Positions 39,915 to 52,899 of a stretch of 64,000 bases of DNA are shown here, in pieces. Under the pieces are notes generated by a model. It saw nothing but the letters and a program-made list of their open reading frames with translations. It was not told the DNA's origin and searched no databases. Both the position numbers and the translations under genes were made by a program. Positions within the stretch are counted from its first letter, which is position 1; every line of letters starts with the position of its first letter. This DNA is from Octopus vulgaris (lineage: Eukaryota): contig OX597842.1 in NCBI GenBank assembly GCA_951406725.2, positions 1,674,001 to 1,738,000 of the forward strand. The letters are read 5' to 3'.

Positions 39915-42900
39915 GTGATGGTGATGGTGATGATGATGATGACAATAATTACATGAATAACAGTAAATAATAACAAATTTGTAGTTGTAGTAATAGTGGT
40001 GGTGGTAGCTGTAGTATTGGTAGTAGTAGGAGGAGGAGGTAGTAGTAGTGGTTGTATGTGGTGGTAGTAGCAGTAGTAGTAGTCGTAGGTGGTGGTGGTG
40101 GTAGTAGCTGCAGTAGGTGGTAGTGATGGTAGTAGTAGCTGGTGGTGGTGGTGGTGGTGGTAGTAGTAGTAGTGAGTTGTGGTGGTAGTGGTAGTAGTCA
40201 GTTATGGTGATGGTGGTAGTAGTAGTAGGGGGTGACGGTGGTAGTAGTGGCAGTAGTAGTAGGTGGTGGTAGTAGTAGTAGTCAGATGTGGTGGTGGTGG
40301 TGGTGGTAGTAACAGCAGTAGTGGTAGTAGTAGGTAGCAGTGGTAGTAGTAATAATAGTAGTAGTAGGTGGTGGTGGTGGTGGTAGTAGGTAGCAGTGGT
40401 AGTAGTAGTAGGTAGCATTAGTAGCAGTAGTAGTGGTAGTGGTGTTAGTATTAGTGGTGGTGGTGGTAGTAATAATGTTTGTGGCAGTGGTAAAAGTATT
40501 AGCAATGGTAATACTCTCAGTGGTAGTGGTGGAGGTAGTATTAGTGAAAGTGGTTGTAGTAGTAGTCGAAGTAGTAGTAATTGTAGTTACAGTAATAGTA
40601 TCAGTGGTGGTTGTAGCAATGGTAGTAATAATAGTTGTGGAGTTAGTATTAGTGGTATTAGTAGTAGTGGTACTGGTTGTAGCATTAGTAGTAGTAGTTG
40701 TAGTAGTAGTAGTAGTAGTAGTAGTATAGCAAAAATGGTGTTAGTAGTGGAGGCAGTGTTAGTGGTGGTGGTGGTAGTAGTAGAAGTAGGTGGTGGTAGC
40801 AGTATAGGTGGTATAGTTATAGCAATAATGGTGTTGGTAGTGGTGGTGGTGGTAGTAGTGGTAGTAGTAGCTGTAGGTGGTGTTGGTAGTGGAGGCAGTG
40901 TTAGTGGTGGTGGTAGTAATGTTAGTAGTAGCTGTAGGTGGTGTTGGTAGTGGAGGCAGTGGTGGTGGTGGTGGTAGTTGTAGCAGTAGGTGGTGGTAGC
41001 AGTAGTAGTAGTTATAGCAAAAATGATGTTGGTAGCGGAGGCAGTATTGGTGGTGGTAGTAGTGGTAGTAGTAGCCACAGGTGATGTTGGTAGTGAAGGC
41101 AGTGTTAGTGGTGGTGGTGGTGGTAGTAATAGTAGCTGTGGGTGGTGGTAGCAGTAGTAGTAATAGCAATAATGTGTTGGCAGTGGTGGTGGTGGTGACA
41201 GTAGTGGTAGTAGTAGTAGTAGTAGTGGGTACTGGTAGTGGAGGCAGTGTTAGTGATGGTGGTGGTGGTAGTAGTAGTAGCCACAGGTGGTATTGGTAGT
41301 GAAGGCAGTGTTAGTGGTAGTGGTGGTGGTAGTAGTAGCAGTAGGTGGTGGTAGAAGTAGTAGTAGTTATAGCAATAATGTGTTGGCAGTGGTGGTGGTG
41401 GTAGTAGTAGCTGTAGGTGGTGTTGGTAGTGGAGACAGTGTTAGTGATGGTGGTGGTGGTAGTAGTAGAAGTTATAGCAATAATGTGTTGGCAGTGGTGG
41501 TGGTGGTAGTAGTAGCTGTAGGTGGTGTTGGTAGTGGAGACAGTGTTAGTGATGGTGGTGGTGGTAGTAGTAGAAGTTATAGCAATAATGTGTTGGCAGT
41601 GGTGGTGGTGGTAGTAGTAGCTGTAGGTGGTGTTGGTAGTGGAGACAGTGTTAGTGATGGTGGTGGTGGTAGTAGTAGAAGTTATAGCAATAATGTGTTG
41701 GCAGTGGTGGTGGTGGTAGTAGTAGCTGTAGGTGGTGTTGGTAGTGGAGACAGTGTTAGTGATGGTGGTGGTGGTAGTAGTAGAAGTTATAGCAATAATG
41801 TGTTGGCAGTGGTGGTGGTGGTAGTAGTAGCTGTAGGTGGTGTTGGTAGTGGAGACAGTGTTAGTGATGGTGGTGGTGGTAGTAGTAGAAGTTATAGCAA
41901 TAATAGTGTTGGTAGTGGAGGCGGTGGTGTTGGTGGTGGTAGTAGTGGTAGTAGTAGCTGAAGGTGGTGTTGGTAGTGGAGGCAGTGTTAGTGGTGGTGG
42001 TGGTGGTAGTAGTAGTAGGTGGTGGTAGCAGTAGTAGTTATAGCAATAATGCTATAGTGGTAGTGGAGGTGGTAGTAGTGGTGGTAATGGTAGTAGTAGC
42101 AGTAGTAGTAGTTATAGCAATAATGGTGTTGGTAGTGGTGTTGGTAGTGGTGCTGGTAGTAGTAGTTATAGTAGTAGTAGTAGTTATAGTAATAATGGTG
42201 TTGGTAGTGAAGGCAGTGTTGGCGGTGGTAGTAGTGGTAGTAGTAGCTGTAGGTGATGTTGGTAGTGAAGGCAGTGTTAGTGGTGGTGGTGGTGGTAGTA
42301 ATAGTAGCTGTGGGTGGTGGTAGCAGTAGTAGTAATAGCAATAATGTGTTGGCAGTGGTGGTGGTGGTGACAGTAGTGGTAGTAGTAGCTGTAGGTGGTA
42401 CTGGTAGTGGAGGCAGTGTTAGTGATGGTGGTGGTGGTAGTAGTAGTAGCCACAGGTGGTATTGGTAGTGAAGGCAGTGTTAGTGGTGGTGGTGGTGGTG
42501 GTGGTAGCAGTAGTAGTAGTTATAGTAATAATGTGTTGGCAGTGGTGGTCGTGGTAGTAGTGGTAGTAGTAGCTGTAGGTGGTGTTGGTAGTGGAGTCAG
42601 TGTTGGTGGTGGTAGTAGTAGCCACAGGTGTTGTTGGTAGTGGAGGCAGTATTGGTGGTGGTGGTGGTGGTAGCAGTAGTAGTAGTTATAGTAATAATGT
42701 GTTGGCAGTGGTGGTCGTGGTAGTAGTGGTAGTAGTAGCTGTAGGTGGTGTTGGTAGTGGAGGCAGTGTTGGTGGTGGTAGTAGTAGCCACAGGTGTTGT
42801 TGGTAGTGGAGGCAGTATTGGTGGTGGTGGTGGTGGTAGCAGTAGTAGTAGTTATAGTAATAATGTGTTGGCAGTGGTGGTCGTGGTAGTAGTGGTAGTA

Positions 42901-45900
42901 GTAGCTGTAGGTAGTGTTGGTAGTGGAAGCAGTGTTGATGGTGGTAGTAGTAGCCACAGGTGTTGTTGGTAGTGGAGGCAGTATTGGTGGTGGTGGTGGT
43001 GGTAGCAGTAGTAGTAGTTATAGTAATAATGTGTTGGCAGTGGTGGTCGTGGTAGTAGTGGTAGTAGTAGCTGTAGGCAGTGTTGGTAGTGGAGGCAGTG
43101 TTGGTGGTGGTAGTAGTAGCCACAGGTGTTGTTGGTAGTGGAGGCAGTATTGGTGGTGGTGGTGGTGGTAGCAGTAGTAGTAGTTATAGTAATAATGTGT
43201 TGGCAGTGGTGGTCGTGGTAGTAGTGGTAGTAGTAGCTGTAGGTGGTGTTGGTAGTGGAAGCAGTGTTGATGGTGGTAGTAGTAGCCACAGGTGTTGTTG
43301 GTAGTGGAGGCAGTATTGGTGGTGGTGGTGGTGGTAGCAGTAGTAGTAGTTATAGTAATAATGTGTTGGCAGTGGTGGTCGTGGTAGTAGTGGTAGTAGT
43401 AGCTGTAGGTAGTGTTGGTAGTGGAGGCAGTGTTGGTGGTGGTAGTAGTAGCCACAGGTGTTGTTGGTAGTGGAGGCAGTATTGGTGGTGGTGGTGGTGG
43501 TAGCAGTAGTAGTAGTTATAGTAATAATGTGTTGGCAGTGGTGGTCGTGGTAGTAGTGGTAGTAGTAGCTGTAGGTGGTGTTGGTAGTGGAAGCAGTGTT
43601 GATGGTGGTAGTAGTAGCCACAGGTGTTGTTGGTAGTGGAGGCAGTATTGGTGGTGGTGGTGGTGGTAGCAGTAGTAGTAGTTATAGTAATAATGTGTTG
43701 GCGGTGGTGGTCGTGGTAGTAGTGGTAGTAGTAGCTGTAGGTGGTGTTGGTAGTGGAGGCAGTGTTGGTGGTGGTAGTAGTAGCCACAGGTGTTGTTGGT
43801 AGTGGAGGCAGTATTGGTGGTGGTGGTGGTGGTAGCAGTAGTAGTAGTTATAGTAATAATGTGTTGGCAGTGGTGGTCGTGGTAGTAGTGGTAGTAGTAG
43901 CTGTAGGTAGTGTTGGTAGTGGAGGCAGTGTTGATGGTGGTAGTAGTAGCCACAGGTGTTGTTGGTAGTGGAGGCAGTATTGGTGGTGGTGGTGGTGGTA
44001 GCAGTAGTAGTAGTTATAGTAATAATGTGTTGGCAGTGGTGGTCGTGGTAGTAGTGGTAGTAGTAGCTGTAGGTAGTGTTGGTAGTGGAGGCAGTGTTGG
44101 TGGTGGTAGTAGTAGCCACAGGTGTTGTTGGTAGTGGAGGCAGTATTGGTGGTGGTGGTGGTGGTAGCACTAGTAGTAGTTATAGTAATAATGTGTTGGC
44201 AGTGGTGGTCGTGGTAGTAGTGGTAGTAGTAGCTGTAGGTGGTGTTGGTAGTGGAAGCAGTGTTGGTGGTGGTAGTAGTAGCCACAGGTGTTGTTGGTAG
44301 TGGAGGCAGTATTGGTGGTGGTGGTGGTGGTAGCACTAGTAGTAGTTATAGTAATAATGTGTTGGCAGTGGTGGTCGTGGTAGTAGTGGTAGTAGTAGCT
44401 GTAGGTAGTGTTGGTAGTGGAGGCAGTGTTGATGGTGGTAGTAGTAGCCACAGGTGGTGTTGGTAGTGGAGGCAGTATTGGTGGTGGTGGTGGTGGTAGC
44501 AGTAGTAGTAGTTATAGTAATAATGTGTTGGCAGTGGTGGTCGTGGTAGTAGTGGTAGTAGTAGCTGTAGGTGGTGTTGGTAGTGGAGGCAGTGTTGGTG
44601 GTGGTAGTAGTAGCCACAGGTGTTGTTGGTAGTGGAGGCAGTATTGGTGGTGGTGGTGGTGGTAGCACTAGTAGTAGTTATAGTAATAATGTGTTGGCAG
44701 TGGTGGTCGTGGTAGTAGTGGTAGTAGTAGCTGTAGGTGGTGTTGGTAGTGGAAGCAGTGTTGGTGGTGGTAGTAGTAGCCACAGGTGTTGTTGGTAGTG
44801 GAGGCAGTATTGGTGGTGGTGGTGGTGGTAGCAGTAGTAGTAGTTATAGTAATAATGTGTTGGCAGTGTGGTGGTCGTGGTAGTAGTGGTAGTAGTAGCT
44901 GTAGGTGGTGTTGGTAGTGGAGGCAGTGTTGGTGGTGGTAGTAGTAGCCACAGGTGGTGTTGGTAGTGGAGGCAGTATTGGTGGTGGTGGTGGTGGTAGC
45001 AGTAGTAGTAGTTATAGTAATAATGTGTTGGCAGTGGTGGTCGTGGTAGTAGTGGTAGTAGTAGCTGTAGGTAGTGTTGGTAGTGGAGGCAGTGTTGGTG
45101 GTGGTAGTAGTAGCCACAGGTGTTGTTGGTAGTGGAGGCAGTATTGGTGGTGGTGGTGGTGGTAGCAGTAGTAGTAGTTATAGTAATAATGTGTTGGCAG
45201 TGGTGGTCGTGGTAGTAGTGGTAGTAGTAGCTGTAGGTGGTGTTGGTAGTGGAGGCAGTGTTGGTGGTGGTAGTAGTAGCCACATGTGGTGTTGGTAGTG
45301 GAGGCAGTATTGGTGGTGGTGGTGGTGGTGATAGTAGTAGCAGTAGTAGTAGTTATAGTAATAATGTGTTGGCAGTGGTGGTCGTGGTAGTAGTGGTAGT
45401 AGTAGCTGTAGGTGGTGTTGGTAGGTGGAGGCAGTGTTGGTGGTGGTAGTAGTAGCCACAGGTGGTGTTGGTAGTGGAGGCAGTATTGGTGGTGGTGGTG
45501 GTGGTGATAGTAGTAGCAGTAGTAGTAGTTATAGTAATATGGGTTGGCAGTGGTGGTCGTGGTAGTAGTGGTAGTAGTAGCTGTAGGTGGTGTTGGTAGT
45601 GGAGGCAGTGTTGGTGGTGGTAGTAGTAGCCACAGGTGGTGTTGGTAGTGGAGGCAGTGTTGGTGGTGGTGGTGGTGCTGATAGTAGTAGCAGTAGTAGT
45701 AGTTATAGTAATAATGTGTTGGCAGTGGTGGTCGTGGTAGTAGTGGTAGTAGTAGCTGTAGGTGGTGTTGGTAGTGGAGGCAGTGTTGGTGGTGGTAGTA
45801 GTAGCCACAGGTGTTGTTGGTAGTGGAGGCAGTATTGGTGGTGGTGGTGGTGGTAGCAGTAGTAGTAGTTATAGTAATAATGTGTTGGCAGTGGTGGTCG

Positions 45901-48199
45901 TGGTAGTAGTGGTAGTAGTAGCTGTAGGTGGTGTTGGTAGTGGAGGCAGTGTTGGTGGTGGTAGTAGTAGCCACAGGTGGTGTTGGTAGTGGAGGCAGTA
46001 TTGGTGGTGGTGGTGGTGGTGATAGTAGTAGCAGTAGTAGTAGTTATAGTAATAATGTGTTGGCAGTGGTGGTCGTGGTAGTAGTGGTAGTAGTAGCTGT
46101 AGGTGGTGTTGGTAGTGGAGGCAGTGTTGGTGGTGGTAGTAGTAGCCACAGGTGGTGTTGGTAGTGGAGGCAGTATTGGTGGTGGTGGTGGTGGTGATAG
46201 TAGTAGCAGTAGTAATAGTTATAGTAATAATGTGTTGGCAGTGGTGGTCGTGGTAGTAGTGGTAGTAGTAGCTGTAGGTGGTGTTGGTAGTGGAGGCAGT
46301 GTTGGTGGTGGTGGTGGTAGTAGTAGCAGTAGTAGTAGTTATAGTAATAATGTGTTGGCAGTGGTGGTCGTGGTAGTAGTGGTAGTAGTAGCTGTAGGTG
46401 GTGTTGGTAGTGGAGGCAGTGTTGGTGGTGGTAGTAGTAGCCACAGGTGGTGTTGGTAGTGGAGGCAGTATTGGTGGTGGTGGTGGTGGTGATAGTAGTA
46501 GCAGTAGTAGTAGTTATAGTAATAATGTGTTGGCAGTGGTGGTCGTGGTAGTAGTGGTAGTAGTAGCTGTAGGTGGTGTTGGTAGTGGAGGCAGTGTTGG
46601 TGGTGGTAGTAGTAGCCACAGGTGGTGTTGGTAGTGGAGGCAGTGTTGGTGGTGGTGGTGGTGCTGATAGTAGTAGCAGTAGTAGTAGTTATAGTAATAA
46701 TGTGTTGGCAGTGGTGGTCGTGGTAGTAGTGGTAGTAGTAGCTGTAGGTGGTGTTGGTAGTGGAGGCAGTGTTGGTGGTGGTAGTAGTAGCCACAGGTGG
46801 TGTTGGTAGTGGAGGCAGTATTGGTGGTGGTGGTGGTGGTGATAGTAGTAGCAGTAGTAGTAGTTATAGTAATATGGGTTGGCAGTGGTGGTCGTGGTAG
46901 TAGTGGTAGTAGTAGCTGTAGGTGGTGTTGGTAGTGGAGGCAGTGTTGGTGGTGGTAGTAGTAGCCACAGGTGGTGTTGGTAGTGGAGGCAGTATTGGTG
47001 GTGGTGGTGGTGGTGATAGTAGTAGCAGTAGTAGTAGTTATAGTAATATGGGTTGGCAGTGGTGGTCGTGGTAGTAGTGGTAGTAGTAGCTGTAGGTGGT
47101 GTTGGTAGTGGAGGCAGTGTTGGTGGTGGTAGTAGTAGCCACAGGTGGTGTTGGTAGTGGAGGCAGTATTGGTGGTGGTAGTAGTAGCCACAGGTGGTGT
47201 TGGTAGTGGAGGCAGTGTTGGTGGTGGTAGTAGTAGCCACAGGTGGTGTTGGTAGTGGAGGCAGTGTTGGTGGTGGTAGTAGTAGCCACAGGTGGTGTTG
47301 GTAGTGGAGGCAGTATTGGTGGTGGTGGTGGTGGTGATAGTAGTAGCAGTAGTAGTAGTTATAGTAATATGGGTTGGCAGTGGTGGTCGTGGTAGTAGTG
47401 GTAGTAGTAGCTGTAGGTGGTGTTGGTAGTGGAGGCAGTATTGGTGGTGGTGGTGGTGGTGATAGTAGTAGCAGTAGTAGTAGTTATAGTAATAATGTGT
47501 TGGCAGTGGTGGTCGTGGTAGTAGTGGTAGTAGTAGCTGTAGGTGGTGTTGGTAGTGGAGGCAGTGTTGGTGGTGGTAGTAGTAGCCACAGGTGGTGTTG
47601 GTAGTGGAGGCAGTGTTGGTGGTGGTGGTGGTGGTAGCAGTAGTAGTTATAGCAATAATGCTATAGTAGTAGTGGAGGTGGTAGTAGTGGTGGTAATGGT
47701 AGTAATAGTTATAGCAATAATGCTATAGTAGTAGTGGAGGTGGTAGTAGTGATGGTGGTGGTAGCAGTAGTAGTAGGTGGTGGTAGCAGTAGTAGTTATA
47801 GCAATAATGCCATAGTGGTAGTGGAGGTGGTAGTAGTGGTGGTAATGGTAGTAATAGTTATAGCAATAATGCTATAGTAGTAGTGGAGGTGGTAGTAGTG
47901 ATGGTGGTGGTAGCAGTAGTAGTAGGTGGTGGTAGCAGTAGTAGTTATAGCAATAATGCTATAGTAGTAGTGGAGGTGGTAGTAGTGGTGGTAATGGTAG
48001 TAATAGTTATAGCAATAATGCTATAGTAGTAGTGGAGGTGGTAGTAGTGATGGTGGTGGTAGCAGTAGTAGTAGGTGGTGGTAGCAGTAGTAGTTATAGC
48101 AATAATGCCATAGTGGTAGTGGAGGTGGTAGTAGTGGTGGTGCTGGTAGTAGTAGTTATAGCAATAATGGTGTTGGTAGTGGTGGCGGTGGTGGTGCTG

Positions 48200-48239
<40 letters not shown>

Positions 48240-48277
48240 CAATAATGGTGTTGGTAGTGGAGGCGGTGGTGTTGCTG

Positions 48278-48310
<33 letters not shown>

Positions 48311-48352
48311 ATAGCAATAATGGTGTTGGTAGTGGAGGCGGTGGTGTTGCTG

Positions 48353-48395
<43 letters not shown>

Positions 48396-48665
48396 CAATA
48401 ATGGTGTTGGTAGTGGAGGCGGTGGTGGTGCTGGTAGTAGTAGTAGTACTAGTAGTAGTAATAGCAATAATGGTGTTGGTAGTGGTGGCGGTGGTGGTGC
48501 TGGTAGTAGTAGTAGTAGTAGTAGTAGTAGTTATAGCAATAATGGTGTTGGTAGTGGTGGTGCTGGTAGTTGCAGTAGTAGTAGCAGTTATAGCAATAAT
48601 GCTATAGTGGTAGTGGAGGCGGTGGTGTGTTGGTGTTGGTGGTTGTGGTAGGGTGGTGGTAGTAA
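39915..48665. repeat. GGT/AGT-derived complex satellite: 105 bp units (41360-41905), 166 bp units (~42505-45300), mixed 166/175 bp units (to ~47620), degenerate flanks
   Basis: Landmarks recur at 41471/41576 (105 bp), 42579/42745 (166 bp), 45928/46103 (175 bp), 47191/47240/47289 (49 bp). Confidence 0.95.
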
Positions 48666-48953
48666 CAATGCAGTTGACTGTATCACTGACAACAATGGTA
48701 AGCCATAAACCATTATAGCAAGACTCTCTTTCCACACCGCTGCCGACTCCGACTCAGCGCAGACCCCGCCACCCAGCACTGCACCGTGCCACCCCACACC
48801 CCCTAACCCCCACCCCGCTCCTCTGCATCCTTATTACAGCGACAAGGGACCCAAGAAAACAATAACACTTTAGAAATATTGCTGCTCTGCCATCGCCATC
48901 TTGCCTCACCTCCATCGCTGCCACCGCTCTACGGCTGCTGTATTCTGTATCGC

Positions 48954-48967
48954 GTTGCTATGGAAAC
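48954..48967. promoter_or_regulatory. RFX X-box-like motif GTTGCTATGGAAAC in a CpG-retaining unique island
   Basis: 14-mer fits the X-box consensus; half-site GTTGCCATG at 49087. Confidence 0.35.
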
Positions 48968-50115
48968 CAACTACAGCCACCACTGCAGAGCCTCGACACC
49001 ACCACTGCTGCCGCAGTGGGGTCTATACAGCTCCGTAGTCATGGTGCAAAGATTGTATATTGCAAGCCGCCAGATCGAACCTCTGGGTTGCCATGCAGTG
49101 GAATCATGTTGTACTACATGCTGTACTGTATCATGTGGTCACTACGCTACACTATACTATACTATACTACCATCTGTACTACCACACCAGTGCATCACCA
49201 TGACTGGAAACACACCTGCCTGTGCCAGCACCATCACCACCGTCATCATCAATGCTGGGAATACACCTATACTAGCGCCAGCACCACCACACTTTACCAC
49301 CACCAGAAATGCTCCTATACTAGCATTTCCACTACCACTACCACCAACACCATCTGAAATGTATTCAAAGTATCAACCTCTGCCAGGGGCACACCTTTAC
49401 TAGAATCACTACCACTGCAACCACCATCACCACCACCACCACCACAACCTCCATTACTACTACCACTGCCTCAAACATTACCACCACTACAAACATTACC
49501 ACCATTACAACCACCACCAGCAACACACCTGTACTAGCACCAACACCATCAGGGACACACATATGCCATCACTACCACCACCACTATTATCAGAACCATG
49601 CCTGTACTAGTATCAATACCACCACCAGAAACACACCTATACTAACACCCCACCACCACCACCATCAGGAACATAGCCACCACTACCACAAACACACCCT
49701 TACTACTGCCACACAGCCAATACACAACCCACACACAACTATGACAGGAACTACACACCTGACCACAGGTATACAACCACCACCATCACCACCATCTCAC
49801 TACATTATCAGATAATGTGTTGATCCTTCTCAAGCCACACCTGGCTCATGAGGGCCGGTTTCCCGGTTTCTTGGCGTATAGGTTCTCCACCTGGACAGGA
49901 CGCCGGTCCATCGCAGGTGAGCTGCAAGATGGAGGAGGAAAGAGTGAGAGAAAGTTGTGGCAAAAGTGTCAGCAGAAGTTCGCCATGACCTTCTGCCGGA
50001 GCCGTGTGGAGCTTAGGTGTTTCGCTCATAAACACACACATCGCCCGGTCTGAGATTCGAACCCGCGATCCCTCAACCACCTGTCCGCTGCTCTAACCAC
50101 TAGGCCATGTGCCTC

Positions 50116-50158
<43 letters not shown>

Positions 50159-50579
50159 GTTGTTGTTTGTTCCTTCTTGAGCCATGCCTGACTCATAAGG
50201 GCCAGTTTCCTAGTTTCCTTGATGTATAAGTTCCCCACCTGGACAGGACGCTGGGCCGTCGCAGGTGAGCTGCAAGATGCAGAAGGAAAGAGTGAGAGAA
50301 AGTTGTGGTGAAAGAGTCAGCAGAAGTTTGCCATTATCTTCTGCCGGAGCCGCGTGGAGCTTAGGTGTTTCGCTCATAAACACACACACCACCCGGTCTG
50401 AGATTCGAACCCGTGATCCCTTGGCCGCCTGTCCGCTGCTCTAACCACTAAGCCATGTGCCTCCACCGATCAGACAAAATTTTGGCTATATGTTACATAG
50501 ATCTTTATAAAGCTGCTGTTATTGTTTTTGTTGGTGGTGGTCATGGTCAAGATGATGGGTTTAATGTCTTTGTAATTGT

Positions 50580-51190
50580 TCTATGATCACTAATATTCCA
50601 CCTGTGACCACCCAGCCTTAGTGTATCTTGGACTACATTATCTAATGTATTAGTTAGTTTTAGTTGTTGTTGTTGTTTAGCCCCAGGTCAGTCCAGATCC
50701 AGAAGACCTATGATCAAAGATGTTCCAGCCATGACCACCCCATCTTTTATTCAGGCATAGGGTATCTAGGACTACATTATCTAATGTATAGTATATATGG
50801 CTATTGTTGTTATTGTTTTAGCACCAGGTCAGCCTGATAAAAAGACCAATGATCAAAGATGTTCCAGCCATGACCATCCCATCTTTTATTCAGCCATAGT
50901 GTATCTAGGACTACATTATCTAATGTAGTTACTTTTAGTGGTTATAGCTGTTGTTGTTGTTTAACCCCTGGTCAGTCCTGATCCAACAGACCTGTGATCA
51001 AAGATGCTCCAGCCATGACCATCCCGTCTTTTATTCAGCCATAGTGTATCTGGGACTACATTATCCAATGTAGTTAGCTTTAGTGGTTATAGCTGTTGTT
51101 CGTTTTTAGCCCCAGGTCAGTCCTGATCCAACAGATCTATGATCAAAGATATTCCAACCATGACCATCTCATCTTTTATTCAGACATTAT
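50580..51190. repeat. ~143 bp tandem repeat, 4 copies plus a partial copy
   Basis: tagccccaggtcag...tgatcaaagatgttccagccatgacc at ~50678, 50819, 50961, 51107. Confidence 0.85.
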
Positions 51191-51290
51191 CTAAAGCACT
51201 AGTTCTCAACCAATTTTTGCGTACCTACAATTCCTAGTTTACTCAGATGGATCCTCTTAGCCTTTCAATGTTTTAAAAAAATCCTATTAT

Positions 51291-51427
51291 ATTGCAGCGT
51301 GGAAGATGTTTATAAGCCATTTAAAAACACACTAAAACCATTAGATTAATTTCAACATTTAATTTAATTTGTCAAAATATTTTCATCGCTTTGAGACCAT
51401 GACCTGATCACTGATAAAAATTCCATG

Positions 51428-51472
<45 letters not shown>

Positions 51473-51844
51473 CAGACACAATTGGTGCACGGATTGTGTT
51501 TATAAGCCATTTAAAAACACAGAAAAACCGTTAGATACACTTCAACATTTAAATTTAATTTGTCAATATATTTCCATCGCTTTGAGACCACGACCTGTTC
51601 AATTGACAAATATTCCGTGCTGCATATATATATATATATATATATACTTTATTTAAAAGCAGCAGAAATTTAACAAAAGGTGTTACTCTGAGTTTCACAT
51701 TCCTGTTCGTTGGACAGTTTTGTTAGCAAAACTCCGAGTAACAGCTTTTGTTAAATTTCTGCTGCTTATATATACTATATTGCTCTACCTCTGGTATTTG
51801 AGTACACTTTTTCCCACCTTGTTTCACATTTATGTGTTTACTTT

Positions 51845-51886
<42 letters not shown>

Positions 51887-51983
51887 AAAATGGATAAAAT
51901 AACAATGGGAAACTTGTGGTTTATGCTGGTATGTCTTTAAGTAAATAGATAACAAAGAAGGAAGAAGCAGAGAAGAGGGTAGC

Positions 51984-52028
<45 letters not shown>

Positions 52029-52170
52029 CACAATTGCAGCATGGATGGGTTTTATAATCCATTTAAAAACACAAAAACCATTAGATTCACTTCAACATTT
52101 AAATTTAATTTACCAAAATATTTTTGTCGCTTTGAGACTGCAACCTGTTCACTGACAAAAAAATTCCATG
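51291..52170 (-). mobile_element. Three copies (51291-51430, 51481-51625, 52031-52170) of a ~140 bp element in (TA)n, each with an HHR-like motif (G3-C8 core in the consensus)
   Basis: Consensus TTGTCA-GTGAACA-G-GTCGC ggtctcaaa GCGAC-GAAA-ATAT-TT-TGACAA. Confidence 0.65.
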
Positions 52171-52220
52171 TGGCCAGAATTTTGTCAGTGAGTATTAAAA
52201 CAGATTAGGAGATCGAAAAT

Positions 52221-52263
52221 CCACCTGACGAATGTCATTGAAGACATGAAACGATTGTAGTGG
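52221..52263 (+). ncRNA. Canonical minimal type-I hammerhead ribozyme motif
   Basis: CCAC-CTGACGA-ATGTC attgaa GACAT-GAAAC gatt GTA-GTGG; all core nucleotides intact and all stems paired. Confidence 0.8.
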
Positions 52264-52436
52264 CGGTTTATTTCTTTATATTAAAAATTTTTATGTATTG
52301 ATTAAGTCTTTCCTTGTTTGTTTTGCAAAATAGTGGTTTTGTCTCGAATTAATATTATATAATATTTTACTATAAAATTGGATTTAATCATAAATCTGAT
52401 CTTTTCCCTGTAAATTTGGATTTATTCCATAATATT

Positions 52437-52478
<42 letters not shown>

Positions 52479-52650
52479 GTATATGGTATTTTTTATAAGC
52501 TTAAAACTTATAGCGATCACTGTGCCAGTGACTAAGGAAAATAGTCTAAGAATGGGGCAATATAAGCCCTCGACAGAAAAAAGTAGGTTTTCCTGTATAC
52601 ATGGGACTTGAAACCACATCCCTCAAACCCCATATATATATATACGTATA

Positions 52651-52684
<34 letters not shown>

Positions 52685-52899
52685 ACGGGATAGTTTACGA
52701 AAATAAACAAAAGACGAAGACAGGTGGAGTACAAACAAACAAATGTATTAGTGTGGTGCTCAGGAATAGAAATAGAAAAAGTCTTTTATGTTTCAAGCCT
52801 ATGCTCTTCGACAGAAAGATACACAGAAAAAAACAAGGAGAGAAAAAAATGGAGAGTGAAAAAATGCGGGTAGGAGCTAACGATCTATCATGGTGTATA

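Noticed and set aside
39825-48735. Dozens of overlapping ORFs rich in V, G, S, T, H and Y
   Set aside because: They are translations of a triplet-based satellite; the 166 and 175 bp periods shift the frame each unit
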